Shown here: piece by piece, positions 13,595-26,592 of the stretch
Layout of the letters: each line of letters starts with the position of its first letter
Numbering within the stretch: position 1 is the stretch's first letter
Source: Octopus vulgaris
Lineage: Eukaryota
NCBI GenBank assembly: GCA_951406725.2
Contig: OX597825.1
Coordinates: 48,360,001-48,424,000, forward strand
Direction: 5' to 3'
Length of the DNA: 64,000 nucleotides
Position numbers and translations under genes: made by a program
Notes under the pieces: generated by a model
What the model was told of the DNA's origin: nothing
What the model saw: the letters and a program-made list of their open reading frames with translations, nothing else
Database searches by the model: none

Positions 13595-14160
13595 TCTTTT
13601 ATTCTTTTATTTGTTTCAGTCATTTTGACTGCGGCCATGCTGGGGCACCGCCTTTAGTCGAACAGATCGGCCCCAGGACTTATTATTTGTAAACCTAGTA
13701 CTTATTCTATCGGTTTCTTTAGCCGAACCGCTAAGTTACGGGACATGAACACACCAACATCGGTTGTCAAGCGATGGCAGCGGTGGGAGACAAACACAGA
13801 CACACAAACATTGTCGTTCAATGCTCGAAATGAGGAGCAGATATCCGTCAACTGATGAAGTGTCGTTCTTTATGTTACTTGTCAGGTTTTCCATTTGTTT
13901 CTCTCGTTGTTTGTGTACTGAACTCCTTTGCTTTCGTATTTCATGTTTACCGTTGGTGACATCCTGTACCCATATATGTATGTGTGTGTATATATATATA
14001 TATATATATACACGACAGGCTTCTTTCAGTTTTCATCTATCAAATCCACTCACAAGGCTTTGGTTGGACCGAGGCTATGGTAGAAGACACTTACACAAGG
14101 TGCCACGCAGTGGGATTGAACCCGGAACTATGTGGCTGGTAAACAGGCTACTTACTACAC
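13590..14160 (-). mobile_element. SINE family A, interrupted at ~13810-13975 by an unrelated fragment
   Basis: Reverse-complement tail at 13590-13810 and head at 14010-14160. Confidence 0.8.
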
Positions 14161-14214
14161 GCGCATACATCTGTATATATCATATATGCATATATAAGTG
14201 TGTGTGTGTGTGCA

Positions 14215-14317
<103 letters not shown>

Positions 14318-14319
14318 CC

Positions 14320-14520
14320 TTTTATCTTTTACTTCTGTCAGTCATTACACTGCAGCTATGCCGGGCACCGCCTTGAATTTTTGATCGAATAAATCGATCC
14401 CAGGACTTATTTTAAAAGCTTAGGACTTATTCTGCCGGTCTCTTTTGCCGAACCACTAATCTATGGGCATGCAAACACATCAGTACCGGTTGTCAAGCTG
14501 TGGTAGAAAAACAAACACAC
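14320..14520 (-). mobile_element. SINE family A 3' half
   Basis: Homologous to 13590-13810. Confidence 0.75.
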
Positions 14521-14532
14521 GTAGAAAGACAG

Positions 14533-14565
<33 letters not shown>

Positions 14566-14581
14566 CCTACATAGTATATAT

Positions 14582-14768
14582 ATAACTGGTCAGAAAGTTA
14601 CCATTGGTTTGACATCGCCAGAGAAAAAGAGAATCAAAAGAGAATTGGAGCGAAACAAATGGTAACTTCTGACCGGTTATATGCCATAACCAAGAAGAAT
14701 GTCCAATTCGACATATATAAAACTATTCGAGTTTACTACTTCTCTGCCTTGTAGACAACTGACCGCTC
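14582..14768 (+). mobile_element. Short element with 5' inverted arm and hammerhead 3' half; second copy at ~8198-8338
   Basis: tataactggtcagaaagttaccattggttt is inverted to aaacaaatggtaacttctgaccggttata. The body shares gagcgaa.c.aatggtaa..tctgaccggtt and ctgccttg..acaact.accgc with 8198-8338. Confidence 0.55.
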
Positions 14769-14879
14769 ATACATACATACATACATACATACATACATAC
14801 ATACATACATACATACATACATACATACATACATACATGCATACATATCTGTCCTGCAAATATCAAAGAAAATTCAAAG

Positions 14880-15215
14880 GAAAAGGGATATCTATGGACA
14901 ACTGCTTTGAAACCTCCAGCTTCTATATCCAGACTATGAATTCATATTCATGCCAATAATAATCGGAGCACAAGATTTTGTCAGTAAAATTTTAAAGAAG
15001 AATCTGAATAAACTGGGATTTTCAGAAAAAGAAAACAACCGGCTAATTCGTACATTACAAGTACAATCTGTGAATGGAATTGTAAAAATATGCAAGATTT
15101 TTCTCAAGTTCCAAATGTGAATTTGTCTGTGTTAACTACATCTCGAAGATGGAGCCTTGTATCTTTGTTGGAAACCATCTCCCTCCTCAGAGGAAAATTT
15201 ATGATTAAAAATAGA
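14880..15215 (+). mobile_element. R4/NeSL-like LINE 3' end (related to the LINE at 41110-41502 and 42660-42910)
   Basis: Reads LQLLYPDYEF..KKNLNKLGFSEKENNRLIRTLQVQSVNGIVKICKIFLKF and shares the 3' UTR motif gagccttg.atct..gtt.gaaacc. Confidence 0.7.
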
Positions 15216-16223
15216 AGATACATACATACAGAGGGAAATAGAGAGAGATATAGATATGACATAAAAGCAGTGAGATCCAAAATGGTCGTTGTACAAGCAG
15301 TTGGTTAGCCTCAACCAGAGATATATTGAGGTGGGTTGTATATATAACACAAAGCAGATAATGATTGATCAATAAAGTTTATTAATCAACATATATCAGA
15401 CACTTCGTACCATATCGAATTAAATACAGATTCAAGTAAGCTGGCTGCCAATTTACAATTCCAATACATAGCAAAAAATGTTGCTAACTATGCGAGTATA
15501 AATCGGTATGTGAAGGGAATGGACTAAAATCGTGCTACGGGCGTTTCCAAGGAAGGTTGAATGGAAGCTATGTAACTTTAAGCTATTACATATATGCTCA
15601 GCTTCCCCTTTCGTTAGTTATTGTTATTTACGAAATAATTTTGAGATGTCGGGTAGAAGTTACTACATCTACAACAGTAGAATCTGGGTGGAAGCTTTCG
15701 CCTATTTCCTATGAGTTTCTGGATTGCAAAAAATAGATCAAGGGAAAAATTTGCTCGAGATAAGATTGGAAAACAAAAATAGAAATAAATAAATACACAC
15801 GTACACATACAATTCCAGTCATCTACACCCACATGCAAACTCAGATAAGGTTGCTGTTTTTCATTGAGTGTCTAGTGTACTGGGGGCAGTAACAGTGACA
15901 AGGGGTGGATATTGTAAATTCCAGCTTTGACAATGGAGGAAAGATACTTGAATGGCGGCAAATGTTACTCTCCAGTCCCAAGGAATGCTCTCTATCAATG
16001 TGTGTATGTGTGTGAGTATGCGTGTGTATATATTGATAGAGATGTTAGTAAGTTGTTGATCGCGATAAACAAGTCATGTGATATCTAGCACTCTAGTCTT
16101 TTATCATTTGGTCATGAACACTATATTTAGTCACACTGATACCGCACACACATCTACACTCACGTAAATATGTGTGTGTGTGCATGTGTGTATACGTGTG
16201 CGTGTGTTGCGCTCTTCGTGCTG

Positions 16224-16280
<57 letters not shown>

Positions 16281-16282
<2 letters not shown>

Positions 16283-16718
16283 AGAATGAATTAACGGCAA
16301 TCTATCATACAGTTTTAAGTCACCTACTTTGAATTTGGTGATACTAGCTGTGGCTTCTAGCTCGCTCTGATACTGAGTTGAGTTGGTGCCTTCTAGTATC
16401 TCAAAATTCAATATTCAATCATTCATGATTGTTAGTATCCTGCGCTGATGAAAGAAGAAGTCTGGGTAAAGTAGAGTTATCTAATTCTTATGCTTTCCTA
16501 AGACTTGATCTCGAAACGTACGTCCGTAGGTGACTTAAAACTGTATGATAGATTGCCGTTAATTCATTCTCTTTTACCTGTTTGTGTTTGCCTTTCAAAT
16601 GCTGTGCCTTTACTGTGATCTCCCTTTTAGTAGAAGAAATAGCTATAATCTCTTTGACTGCTATTTATAAATTCGGTGTGTGGTAAGGCAATTCGTTGCT
16701 AAACCCTTAATTGCTTAG
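16281..16718 (+). mobile_element. Penelope-like/retrozyme-like non-coding element in (TA)n with 47-bp perfect inverted arm
   Basis: 16281-16327 is the exact reverse complement of 16526-16572. Contains the hammerhead at 16439-16530. (TA)n on both sides. Confidence 0.75.
16439..16530 (+). ncRNA. Type I hammerhead ribozyme
   Basis: Helix I CCTGCG/CGTAGG; core CTGATGA (16445-16451); long helix II (aga..aagtct/agactt..tct, first pair A-C mismatch); GAAA (16513-16516); palindromic helix III ACGTACGT; GUC cleavage triplet ending at 16524. Confidence 0.8.
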
Positions 16719-16749
<31 letters not shown>

Positions 16750-16786
16750 GTGTGTGTGTGTGTGTGTATGTGTGCGCGCGCGCGTA

Positions 16787-16824
<38 letters not shown>

Positions 16825-16879
16825 AAGCTTCTGCACGCATATTTTTTTTCTCCTTCTTTCTGTGTTTTTTCTCTGTGTA

Positions 16880-16917
16880 TCTTTCTGTTGAAGAGCGTAG
16901 GCTCGAAACGTTAAAGA
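16880..16917 (+). ncRNA. Minimal hammerhead-like motif with variant core CUGUUGA
   Basis: TCTTT-CTGTTGA-A-GAGC-gtag-GCTC-GAAA-CG-TT-AAAGA, within a ~190-bp element (16823-17015) flanked by (TA)n. Confidence 0.65.
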
Positions 16918-17034
16918 CTTGTTTTATTTATATTTCCTGAGCGCCATACTAATACAATTGTTTGTTTGTATTCCACCTGCCTTCGTCTTTTGTCTATTTT
17001 CATAAAGCTTCCCGTTATATATATATATATATAT

Positions 17035-17090
<56 letters not shown>

Positions 17091-17101
17091 CATGCATACA
17101 T

Positions 17102-17172
<71 letters not shown>

Positions 17173-17202
17173 CATATATATATACATATATATATATATA
17201 CA

Positions 17203-17276
<74 letters not shown>

Positions 17277-17954
17277 CATATGTGTGTGTATGTGGCAACA
17301 GCACAGTGAAAAAGTGGGATAGAAAGTCTGGTAAAATTAAAGAATTCCTCAAATGATGGATATTAAACTGCTTCGGGTAAAATTTCGAGTAATTTTTAGT
17401 AACGTTCTATGATGTTGTGAGTTCGATTACTGTCAAAGTCGCTTTGTCTTTACATTATTCCAGGAGTCGATAATAATAGGATCGAGAAAGAAACTTTAAT
17501 CCCTTGCCTACACCAAGATCTGATAGGACAGTCAGTGAAAATCGAGAGTTATGAGCGGATTACATCGTATTGTTTGGTGGAGTATGAGTTGCACGTGAGT
17601 AAATTTGTTTAATATGTAGTTTCACAATAGTAATATATGTTGAGTTAATGTTCAACTCCGTTTAACTGTGATATAAATCTCGATAACAGGTTAAAGTATA
17701 TTGAGTGAGGTGATCTACTCGATCGAGAGAGTGTATGTGAAATTGCCGAATTAATTATCGATTTTATACAGAGAAGGTTGAAGTAGAATGTTGATCAGCT
17801 GCATGGATATTTAAGAGATGAGAAAGTACGCACACACATGGATATACGCATTCATATACAGATTCATACAAACGTATGTGTGTGTGTATCTGTGTTGTGT
17901 GTGTGTGTATGTGTGTGTGTGTGCATGTGTGTGTGTGTGTGTACATACAAATCA

Positions 17955-19600
17955 CTTCATCATCAGTGTCCAGTTTACCTTACATGGTATAGCCAATCAT
18001 TAGGGTGCCACTCAAGACACTTTTGCAGCCAGCTGTCCCTTCTCTGTTCTGTTTTCTGTCATGTGTTGCAGGGTCGCGGTGTTGTGACTTGTTCAGTCAT
18101 TGATGTTGTCAGACCAGAATTTTCTCTTTCTGTGCCTCTCTCACCCTCTCTCAACTGTGCCCTGAAGAATAGTTTTGAACAGGTAGTTGTGGCGGGATAC
18201 GTGACCGTACCAGACAAGCTTTCGTCTGTTTACCTGCGCAAGGAGTTGTTACTGACTGACAACGTAATTGTCAACTTGCTGCCTGACGAAGCTGTTCGTT
18301 TTGCCTTCTGTGTACGGGATACGTAGCAGCCTTCTGAAGCACTTGTGCTCAGATGCCTGGATACTTCGTTCCATGTCAGCTGTAAGATTCCAGCTCTCAT
18401 ACTCTTATAAAAAGATCGACGTCACCAGGAACTTGCACACTTTGCGTCTTGTTTGAGAATTAATGGAATTGCTTCTCCATATGGTGCTTAGCTTCGTCAT
18501 GGCAGTAGAGATCAAACTGAGTCTCATTGTTATCTCCATTCGTGATCTGCTATCCTTTGTCAAAGTGTATCCTTGGTACTTGAAGGTGAGCACTTTGTCA
18601 AGTCTCTCTCCGTTCAACACGATGTTGGTTCTGGATGTAACAATTAACCAAGGTATTGCTCTTTTCTGGGCTGGTGTCCAACACATATGTTCCTGATACT
18701 TTCTCCAGTCTGGAGGTGTGTTCCTTGAATCCTGCTTCACTGCTCCTTAACAGGTCAATACCATTAGCAAAGCGCAGGCTGGAGAGGGGTTGTCCTTCAA
18801 TATAGACAGAAGGGTGGGTGTGTTGGAGTGTCTTCTGCATGATATCCTCCAGGATGATGTTCAAAAGCACTTGAGCAAAGCGACATCCTTGTCAAACACC
18901 CACTATTGTCCGGAAGAATTCTTCGATGTTGATGATCAGAGGAACTGCACTATCTAAGTTTCCATGCAGTACCTGGATTACTTCAATGAGGCTGTTATTG
19001 AAGTTATAATTCTTCACCTCTTGCCACAGCCCATCATACCAAATATGGTCAAAGCCCTCATTGAAATCAAGAAAGTTGTGATAGATGTCAGAACAGTGTT
19101 GCAGATATTTCTCAATGAGCAGTCCTTTTGGACTTAAATCTTGCCTGTTCTTCTGCAAGGATTTCTTCTGCCCCCCACTTAAGACTGTATTGCAAAACTT
19201 TGTTGGGGTGGCTAATAAGGCTGATTGTACAATAACCTGGCGGAATCTTAAACTACCTTTCTTTAAAATAAAAATCATCTCTGATTGGGTCCACTCCTTT
19301 GGCTATTGCTTCGTCCCTCATATCGTCTGACAGATAACTGTTAGTGTCTTGATAAACTTTGCTCAAGCCCCGATATTTCAGAAGCTCTGAGGAGATTTAT
19401 ACACTCTTGAGGATTTCCAATTTTTGAGCATGTACACTGCCTTTTCGACTTTCTCCTCAAGAATTGGTGTAACCCCAAGTATTCTGTTGTTATTGTTGTT
19501 TTAATTCTCCAGTACTTTAATGTCATGTCTGAGTTAGTGATTGTAAAGTTCTTTGCAATACTCAAACCGAATCTTTCCCAATTCCAATTCTTTATTTCAT
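17955..19600 (-). mobile_element. RTE-clade LINE, decayed RT and 3' end
   Basis: Minus-strand ORFs read FLDFNEGFDHIWYDGLW, LSSLRFANGID, LNGERLDKVLTFKYQGYTL and TKLSTIWRSNSI. Confidence 0.85.
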
Positions 19601-20089
19601 TCTCGACACGCCTCTATAACCGACACACAGACACTACAAATACTTTTAATACCATTTTCAACTTCTAGGCTATAACCATCTTTCATTTGTCGAGTCGACC
19701 GATCATTGCTTTGCTGTGGCTACCTTACATACTTTTCTCTCGGATCCTACGCACTTCAAGTATGCTGAAGGGTTACAGCTCCAAAGTTACGCTAACGATC
19801 TCTAGAAGCACGTGCTTCATCCTAAGAAAGTGACTAAAACTATCTTCGTAAGCAAGTTTTTCAAAACTAACACACTTATATTAAAAAAAAAATCTGATAA
19901 CAAGTTATAAAAAAATTGGAATCGCATCATTTAAAATTCGCAAAATGTTAAAAAAGAAAAAGTAAAGGTAAAAAATAATGAAGTCCCATATTTTGCCTAT
20001 AAATTAAGGTAAGAAAAAAAAGGGTGGGGCAAAGCAGCAGAAGATGGAGGGGAGGAAGTGATGGGCCACATACTCCAGAACAATTGATG

Positions 20090-20275
20090 TGCTCAGCCGT
20101 GCCTGCGGTAATGACCACGATGGCGTTGTCGCGGAGAATGGTCAGCGACACTCGCTGCAGCAGCCACTCCACTTCTCGGAGCTAATTTCTCCGACGGGTC
20201 ACTGTTATCTCTATTTTGCGGAGGAAATCAGTAGTACCGGGACCAAGAACACCTGACGTCTCGACGATGACCAGC
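20090..20275 (-). mobile_element. CRE-like LINE C-terminal endonuclease fragment
   Basis: VETSGVLGPGTTDFLRKI..REVEWLLQRVSLTILRDNA fits the ETxGxxGP..QRxSxAxxRGNA ending of REL-type elements. Confidence 0.6.
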
Positions 20276-20339
20276 AGTATTTAAATTTTATAAATAAATA
20301 CTTACCAAGGAAAATAACACAAAACAAGAAAGAAAAAAT

Positions 20340-21330
20340 TCAATACAGCGTTAGGAAATGAAGCAGAACAAGAAATAAGTAAAATTCTTCATTCGATTTG
20401 GCAAATTGTTGAGTCAATAAACATCAGTTACTAATCTTCGTTTCATTAATCATGATCAAATAGTCTTTTTTTTTCTGCAAAGAAATGCTGGACTCTTCAA
20501 AAGGTGAAACCATTTCACAAAATTTAAATAACTACCACGCCAAATGAGAATTATCATGGGTGCCATAAATCAATGTTTGTACCAATGAGTTCCCTGTAGT
20601 AGTAGACTGCATGAAATGGTTTTACAACTCTTCTACAAAGCAAGATATGGATGTTAATACCACCCACTGTTTTTACATAGAGAAAACTTGATTGTAAACA
20701 CAATGGAAATAAAACAAAGTTTAAATCAAGTTGTCGAAATGATTAATTTTATTTAAAAAAACAGGCCAATAGAGACATGTTTGTCTGAAAACAATTGTGT
20801 TCACATATTTCACAACACCGACATTTACTAGTCACCTATCGAAAAGAAATAGTTGTTGAGGTGGAGGGTGCTATAAAAAAAGAAAATAATGGAAAAGCTC
20901 GCAAAAATCTACAGCGAAACTGGGGGGATTTCAAATAGTAATAGATATTTGGAACATAAAATTTAGATATGATAATGCTGAAACGATTCCTTTAATTAGT
21001 AAAATTCTTTGAAATAAATGACTGCTGTCAAAATTGAGCACTTAACAACTCTGGAAAAGAAACGGAATTATTATTTACTATCTTTTAGTATAGGACAATT
21101 ATGATTAAATTCAAAACAATCTCACATAAATCCCAAATGATATTGGTTTGAAACTATCAGAAAAAATAGCTTCCTATATTAATTGATTGTCAACTAAAAA
21201 TTAAATTGAAAGCTTTTCAGCAGAAAAACTATCCATCAGTAGCTAAAAACAAAAAGAAAAAATTCATATTTGATTCAATTTTTAATTCATATGACTTCAG
21301 AGTTTTTTCACGGCGGATATCATAAAGTGG
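20340..21330 (+). mobile_element. hAT (Charlie/Buster-like) transposase relic
   Basis: Remnants LRFINHDQI, FFCKEMLDSSKGETI, ELSW..INVCTN, THCF(L)HREN (CxxH motif) and LNQVVEMINFI. Many frameshifts. Confidence 0.7.
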
Positions 21331-21722
21331 AGATTGCACACAATGGATCTTTCTAGGACTCGCACACATTTGTGCGACTCCAAAGGCTGAGAATTATTCC
21401 GTTCTGCTGCCACTTGTAGACAATAGAATTCTTAGGAAAGATTAACCGGTGCTTGAGACTTATCTCTTGCACGGTGATCGTTTTGCACCAGACCATTTCC
21501 TGTACCGCGATTCCCAGCAAACAGTCGACGTAAGCATCAAAGGCCACTATTTCCAGTCCATCGTTCTTCAGGAACATTTCTACAGACTGTTCTTAAATAT
21601 TGTACATACCTGCTTGAGAATAAATGTCATTTTTTTTTGCGGTCTGTCAAAGACTGTACCGTAGCTCGGCTGGTAAGACGTGTCTCGGCTACCCGTTACT
21701 AATAATTAGGCACAAAGATGTA

Positions 21723-21937
21723 TGGTGGTAAGTTGGCAGAATTATTAGCATGCCGGGAAAATGCTTAGCAGTATATCATACGTCTTTACGTTTTGAGTTC
21801 AAATTCTGCTGAGTTCGACTTTGCCTTTCATCCTTTCGGGGTGGGGAAGTATGTATCAGTTGAGCACTAGGGTCGATGTAAACGACTTTCCCACTTCTCG
21901 AAAATGCTGGCTTTGTGCCAAAATTTGAAACCAATAA
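21723..21937 (+). mobile_element. SINE family B (Nin/Deu-domain type)
   Basis: tRNA-like head ggcagaa..ttagc..gagttcaaattc followed by gactttgcctttcatcctttcggggt. Confidence 0.8.
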
Positions 21938-22749
21938 ATAGGTACAAAAGTACAGGTTACTTGTGCATTACTTTTTCAGCCTGGTTCAGGATTGTGTTAT
22001 CGCTCTCAAATGCGACGTAGACAGTATCATAGGTTCTGGCAGGGCATGACAGCTCTCCTATTATTTTGGGGACATTTGAGAGACCCTCCATTTTTAAAAA
22101 AATGAGAGATAAATAATAGTTTTCTTTGTACTCCCCTGTATGTAGTTGTCAGAACGACGTTTTACGAAGCGTATTTTTCACATTGTCTCTTTCTTTGGTA
22201 AATATTCTGTGTTGTTTACTACAATGTACAAGGTTACGCTAAGATGCAAATTTGTGGAAATATTGAAAATGTTTTCGCTTGGCAAAGAGCATATGCACGT
22301 GTCAGCTTTGATGTCCTTGCTGTTGTTGATTAATGTAATTTCTGTTGTTGTTAACATTTCCGCACGAGGTATTTCAAACTGGCATGTGTGGCATTTGAAA
22401 TATTGTGTTCTTAATATTTCAACATTAACACGTCTAACATTAATATTATGCTATGTATTTAAATTACTATTTTCTTCTGTTTGTTTTCTGTTCGTGTTAT
22501 TTTATTTTCTATTAGTTTTCTTTTGTTGGTGTGGCTCGGAATATTCATGGCCAATTATATATGCGTATACAATGCGCAGAAATAAAATTTCTTTTATAAA
22601 ATCAGTAAAGCTCTTTGTCCAAATCTTGTATAAGTAGACACCAAATATTTCGGCGTTATCTGCTTGTGAATAAGTTTGACTGAATACCATTTTGTCAAGG
22701 AAATAAATAAAATAAAAGCTTCGATTCCAGAAACGAACAGTGAATAATA

Positions 22750-22955
22750 ATGGTTTCAAACTTTGGGACAAGGCCAGCAACTTTGGGGAGTGGGTAAGTC
22801 ATTTACATTGGCCTCAGTGCTCAACTGGTACTTATTTTATCGAAAGGATGAGAAAGAAAGTCGACTTCGGTGGAATTTGAACTCGAAACATCAACCCGGA
22901 AGAAATGCTGCTAAACATGTTGTCAGCGTGCTAATGACTAAGACAGCTCGTCGTC
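22750..22955 (-). mobile_element. SINE family B
   Basis: Reverse-complement homolog of 21723-21937. Confidence 0.75.
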
Positions 22956-22959
22956 TTGA

Positions 22960-23012
22960 TAATAATAACAACAGAAATAATAATGATAATAATAATAATA
23001 ATGATAATAATG

Positions 23013-23100
<88 letters not shown>

Positions 23101-23148
23101 GAAGAAGAAGAAGAAGAAGAAAAGAAGAAGAAAATGATGATGATGATG
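22960..23148. repeat. (AAT)n-(AAG)n-(GAT)n compound trinucleotide repeat
   Basis: Directly visible. Confidence 0.95.
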
Positions 23149-23559
23149 AGGGAAAAGAAACTAATAACATATTATACTTCCTATTTTTTCATTGTAACTC
23201 AATTGTTTGATGTCGCTTGACTCACAACTGTATTATTTCGCGTTTTATCATTGTTTCTCTCGAACTATTTTTCACCTAGGCCTCTTTCTTGTCGATGTTT
23301 TTGTTGGTTTTGTTTCCTTAGATCCAGAGCAAAAACTCTGAATGGGCGATCTACGCGTCCATTCAAACCACCTTTCACCACAACCTCCGCTATGCGGTTG
23401 TAGCGACACTCAGTCTAGTAATAACACCCATAATTCCCGCGTTTTCTTTCCTTTTCCTTCTTTTTTATCTCATCAATCCCAACACTTTGTTTGCCTGTCC
23501 ACTACTACCACTATGGTAGGATGTGTAAAACTACATCAGTATGGTTGTGGTGTAGGGGG

Positions 23560-25050
23560 GTGCTGTTGACGATATCAGGTCAATATCCACAAAAGTTGGG
23601 CTGTCGGGGACTATACTGAAAATTCCACAGACCATGCTCCGCGAAGAGAGTATTTTTTTCTTTCTGTTTGGTCCCCATTCAGGACAAAAAACAAAAGCTG
23701 GCGGATGAACTCTTAGTAGTATTGCTGCCGATGATGTCATTAGCGGCATACGATGCCTGTAATATTTATAATGAAACCCTGAGAACACAAATTGATAGAG
23801 ATCACCGCTATAGGGACGGATATACCACAAATGGCACAGTCCCCTCTATTCATGTTATGCCAAATAAGAAGTATTCTTACAAATGCATTCATGAATGACC
23901 GGGTAGAGGTCTCTCGTACTGCATGTGTGACAGTATACAGCAAGATGGGCCTGGTTGTTATCCAAATAGTACCGTAAAGTTTAGGAGAAGATGGTCTCAA
24001 ATGACAATAGGATTGTAATAGAATGCTGTTACTAGAGCGAGCCTATCAAAATGGGAAAAGAATGTATATAATACAGATAGAGAAAGATATGTTCCCTAAA
24101 CCTAATGGTGAAAGACAGTGGTTATTCCAGTTGGAACTGAAGGAGCTCTCCACAACAATAAAAGATGAAAAAGGTGACTATATAGAACAAGTAAACGCGA
24201 TGGAACAAGAACAAGGAATAGCAGAGAGGCCAATAAACCTCAGAAGAGAAATAACAGTCCAGATGAAAAGAAATTATAATTTATGGAAGGAAAGAATTTT
24301 ACAGGAGAGAAAAAATTTTACTACACCGCTTAAATGAGACACAAACTAACGAAAGCGACTACAAAATCTGAGAGGAATTGAAAGAGGAAAGCCACGTAAA
24401 GTAGTAAACAAGATCTACGAGCTGTTAACGAAAATTTATGCTGCAGCAAGTCTAAACGACCTCATGTACTGCGCATTGTCTGTTGCTGTGCAAATGCTTG
24501 GGGTTAAAAGTGAAAGAAACGCAGGAGGAAGTTCCATTGTAGGAATGAAGATATCAGAACCGATTTGGACAGAACAATAACGATCTAGGAAGGATAAATG
24601 CAACGACAGAAAAAAATCTGTAGGAAAGACACACGATCGATTTGCAAAGAAAGTACATTAGATACAAATAATTACTGGTGGCAGAAGATCAAAACAGTGT
24701 CAGGTTAAAAACAAATATACCAACAAAGAATAAAACAATATCAGCAAAACTGGCTCTAAAGAAACAATGAAAGGAACTTACCAACAACCGAACAATGAGG
24801 AGGAACATCAGGGAAATGATGTATCGGCTGCTGAAATTGGAAGAAACTTTTGGTCGGAAATTTGGAGCAAAGATGTTCAACATAATATGGAAGCATGCTG
24901 TTTATGGAAAAAAAAATGGAACATCAACATTACAAAAGAAAAGAAGAACAAAGAAAAGAGGGTGAAGTCAGTAATTATAGAGTTATTACATGCTTACCAT
25001 TATTTAGAAAATTATTAACTGGCCTCATAGCAGAGGAAATGTACAGCTTT
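23560..25050 (+). mobile_element. R4/Dong-like LINE 5' part, decayed
   Basis: N-terminal GKRMYIIQIEKDMFP..WLFQLELKEL, pre-RT AAEIGRNFWSEIWSKDVQHN, and RT start SNYRVITCLPLFRKLLTGLIAEEMY. The 5' boundary is approximate. Confidence 0.7.
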
Positions 25051-25051
25051 A

Positions 25052-25581
25052 CCGGGCACTGGCTCTCATGGCTTCTGATCTTAACTGATTGGAAGTGTTA
25101 TCATGTGCATTGTTTTGTCTTGGTATAAAAGATGGGCTACAGCAAATATTCTGCTCAATATCTCAGATTTGCTTGTCAGTTGCTTGACCTTAACCAGTTG
25201 AGCATGTCCTTTGGTGGCTGATGATATGTGCATCTCTGATCATGAGCAGAAGTAGTGAGGGAGCGTCATAACTACATGTTGAGAGGAATTCTTTGGAATT
25301 TGAATAATTCACCTCTGGAAACATGGATGTTTCGTTCGACATCCTTAAATAATCCTTATTCAAGGACCATTTGAGGGGGATGGGCTATTCGACCTGAAGA
25401 AAATTCTAACTGGGCTCCACCTGTAAGGTCATGCGCTGTTTATCTTGATATGAAATCACCATGTCGCGCACATATGGTTGTGATGCATGTCCTTGGTGTA
25501 CCCTTATCAGACGGGTAGTCATGATGGGTACACTGGGCCTCGTATATTTTACCACAGTATCTCTGCACTGCTCTCTCACTC
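25052..25581 (-). mobile_element. ~530-bp non-coding interspersed repeat abutting (AAT)n
   Basis: On the minus strand it begins gagtgagagagcagtgca directly after a (TTA)n tract. Recognised from memory as a common octopus repeat; class unknown. Confidence 0.5.
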
Positions 25582-25640
<59 letters not shown>

Positions 25641-25709
25641 CAACAACAACAAAACAACAACAACAACAAAACAACAACAACAACAACAACAACAACAATA
25701 ATAATAATA

Positions 25710-25890
25710 ATGGTTTCAACTTTTTGGTACAAGGCCAGTAATTTCACGGGAAGTGGGTAAGTCGATCATATCCACCCTAGTGTTCAACTGTTACTTAATT
25801 TATCGACCTTGAAAGGATGAAAGGTAGAGCCGCCCGTGGCGGAATTTGGCCTCGGAACGTAGAGACAGACGAAATGCCACTAAGCATGCT
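25710..25890 (-). mobile_element. SINE family B
   Basis: tatcgacc..gaaaggatgaaagg domain in reverse orientation. Confidence 0.7.
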
Positions 25891-26379
25891 AATAATGATG
25901 ATAATGGGGATGATGATGATGATGGTTGATGGTGGGTGGGTGGGAGGTTGTACCATAATATTGATTCCTCACACAAGTACAATTATAGAAGAAAGGTGCA
26001 CTGTTGGCTTATTTAGCATTGCCAGTATTTAACCATTACTTTTCTTTTTCACACTGGGAAAATGAAAGTTTTAGACGATTCTGCCAAATAGCAAGAAGTA
26101 AATGTTATGATATACTTAGTCCGCTGCTCCATCTATAATAGCAGCTTCATAAAATTATGAAATTTTTTCCAACAATCAATGTTCTCTTTTAGAAATATTT
26201 AGAACGGTTTCATCAACACCTTAATTACATTATCCATCGCTTTAAAGTGGGTTAATATAAACTCTACGTTAGGGTGATGTTGAAAAACATAAGATAACCA
26301 GTGGTATGGTGTCAATGGTTTTACAATGTTACTCAGTAATATAAGGATCTGGACTCGGCGCTGCAAGTGAACCAAATAT

Positions 26380-26592
26380 TGGTTTCATATTTTGGCATAA
26401 GGTCAGCAATTTCGCGGGAAAAGTAAGTCAATTACATCGACTCCAGTGTTCAGCTAGTACTTATTTTATCGACCCCGAAAGGATAAATGGCAAAATCGAC
26501 CTCAGCAGAATTTGGACTCAGAACATAAAGACGGACGAAATGACGCTAAATGTTCTGCCCAGCGTGCTAACGATTCTGCCATCTCGCCGCCT
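26380..26592 (-). mobile_element. SINE family B, near full length
   Basis: Reverse complement starts ggcggcgagatggcagaatcgttagcacgc and contains gtcgat..gcc.tt.atcctttcggggtcgataaaataagtac. Confidence 0.85.

Noticed and set aside
21350-21690. 74-aa minus-strand ORF (MFLKNDGLEIVAFD..)
   Set aside because: No recognisable domain; it lies between transposon relics and is probably repeat-derived.
25215-25260. CTGATGA in the 530-bp repeat
   Set aside because: No GAAA at a suitable position and no closing helices.
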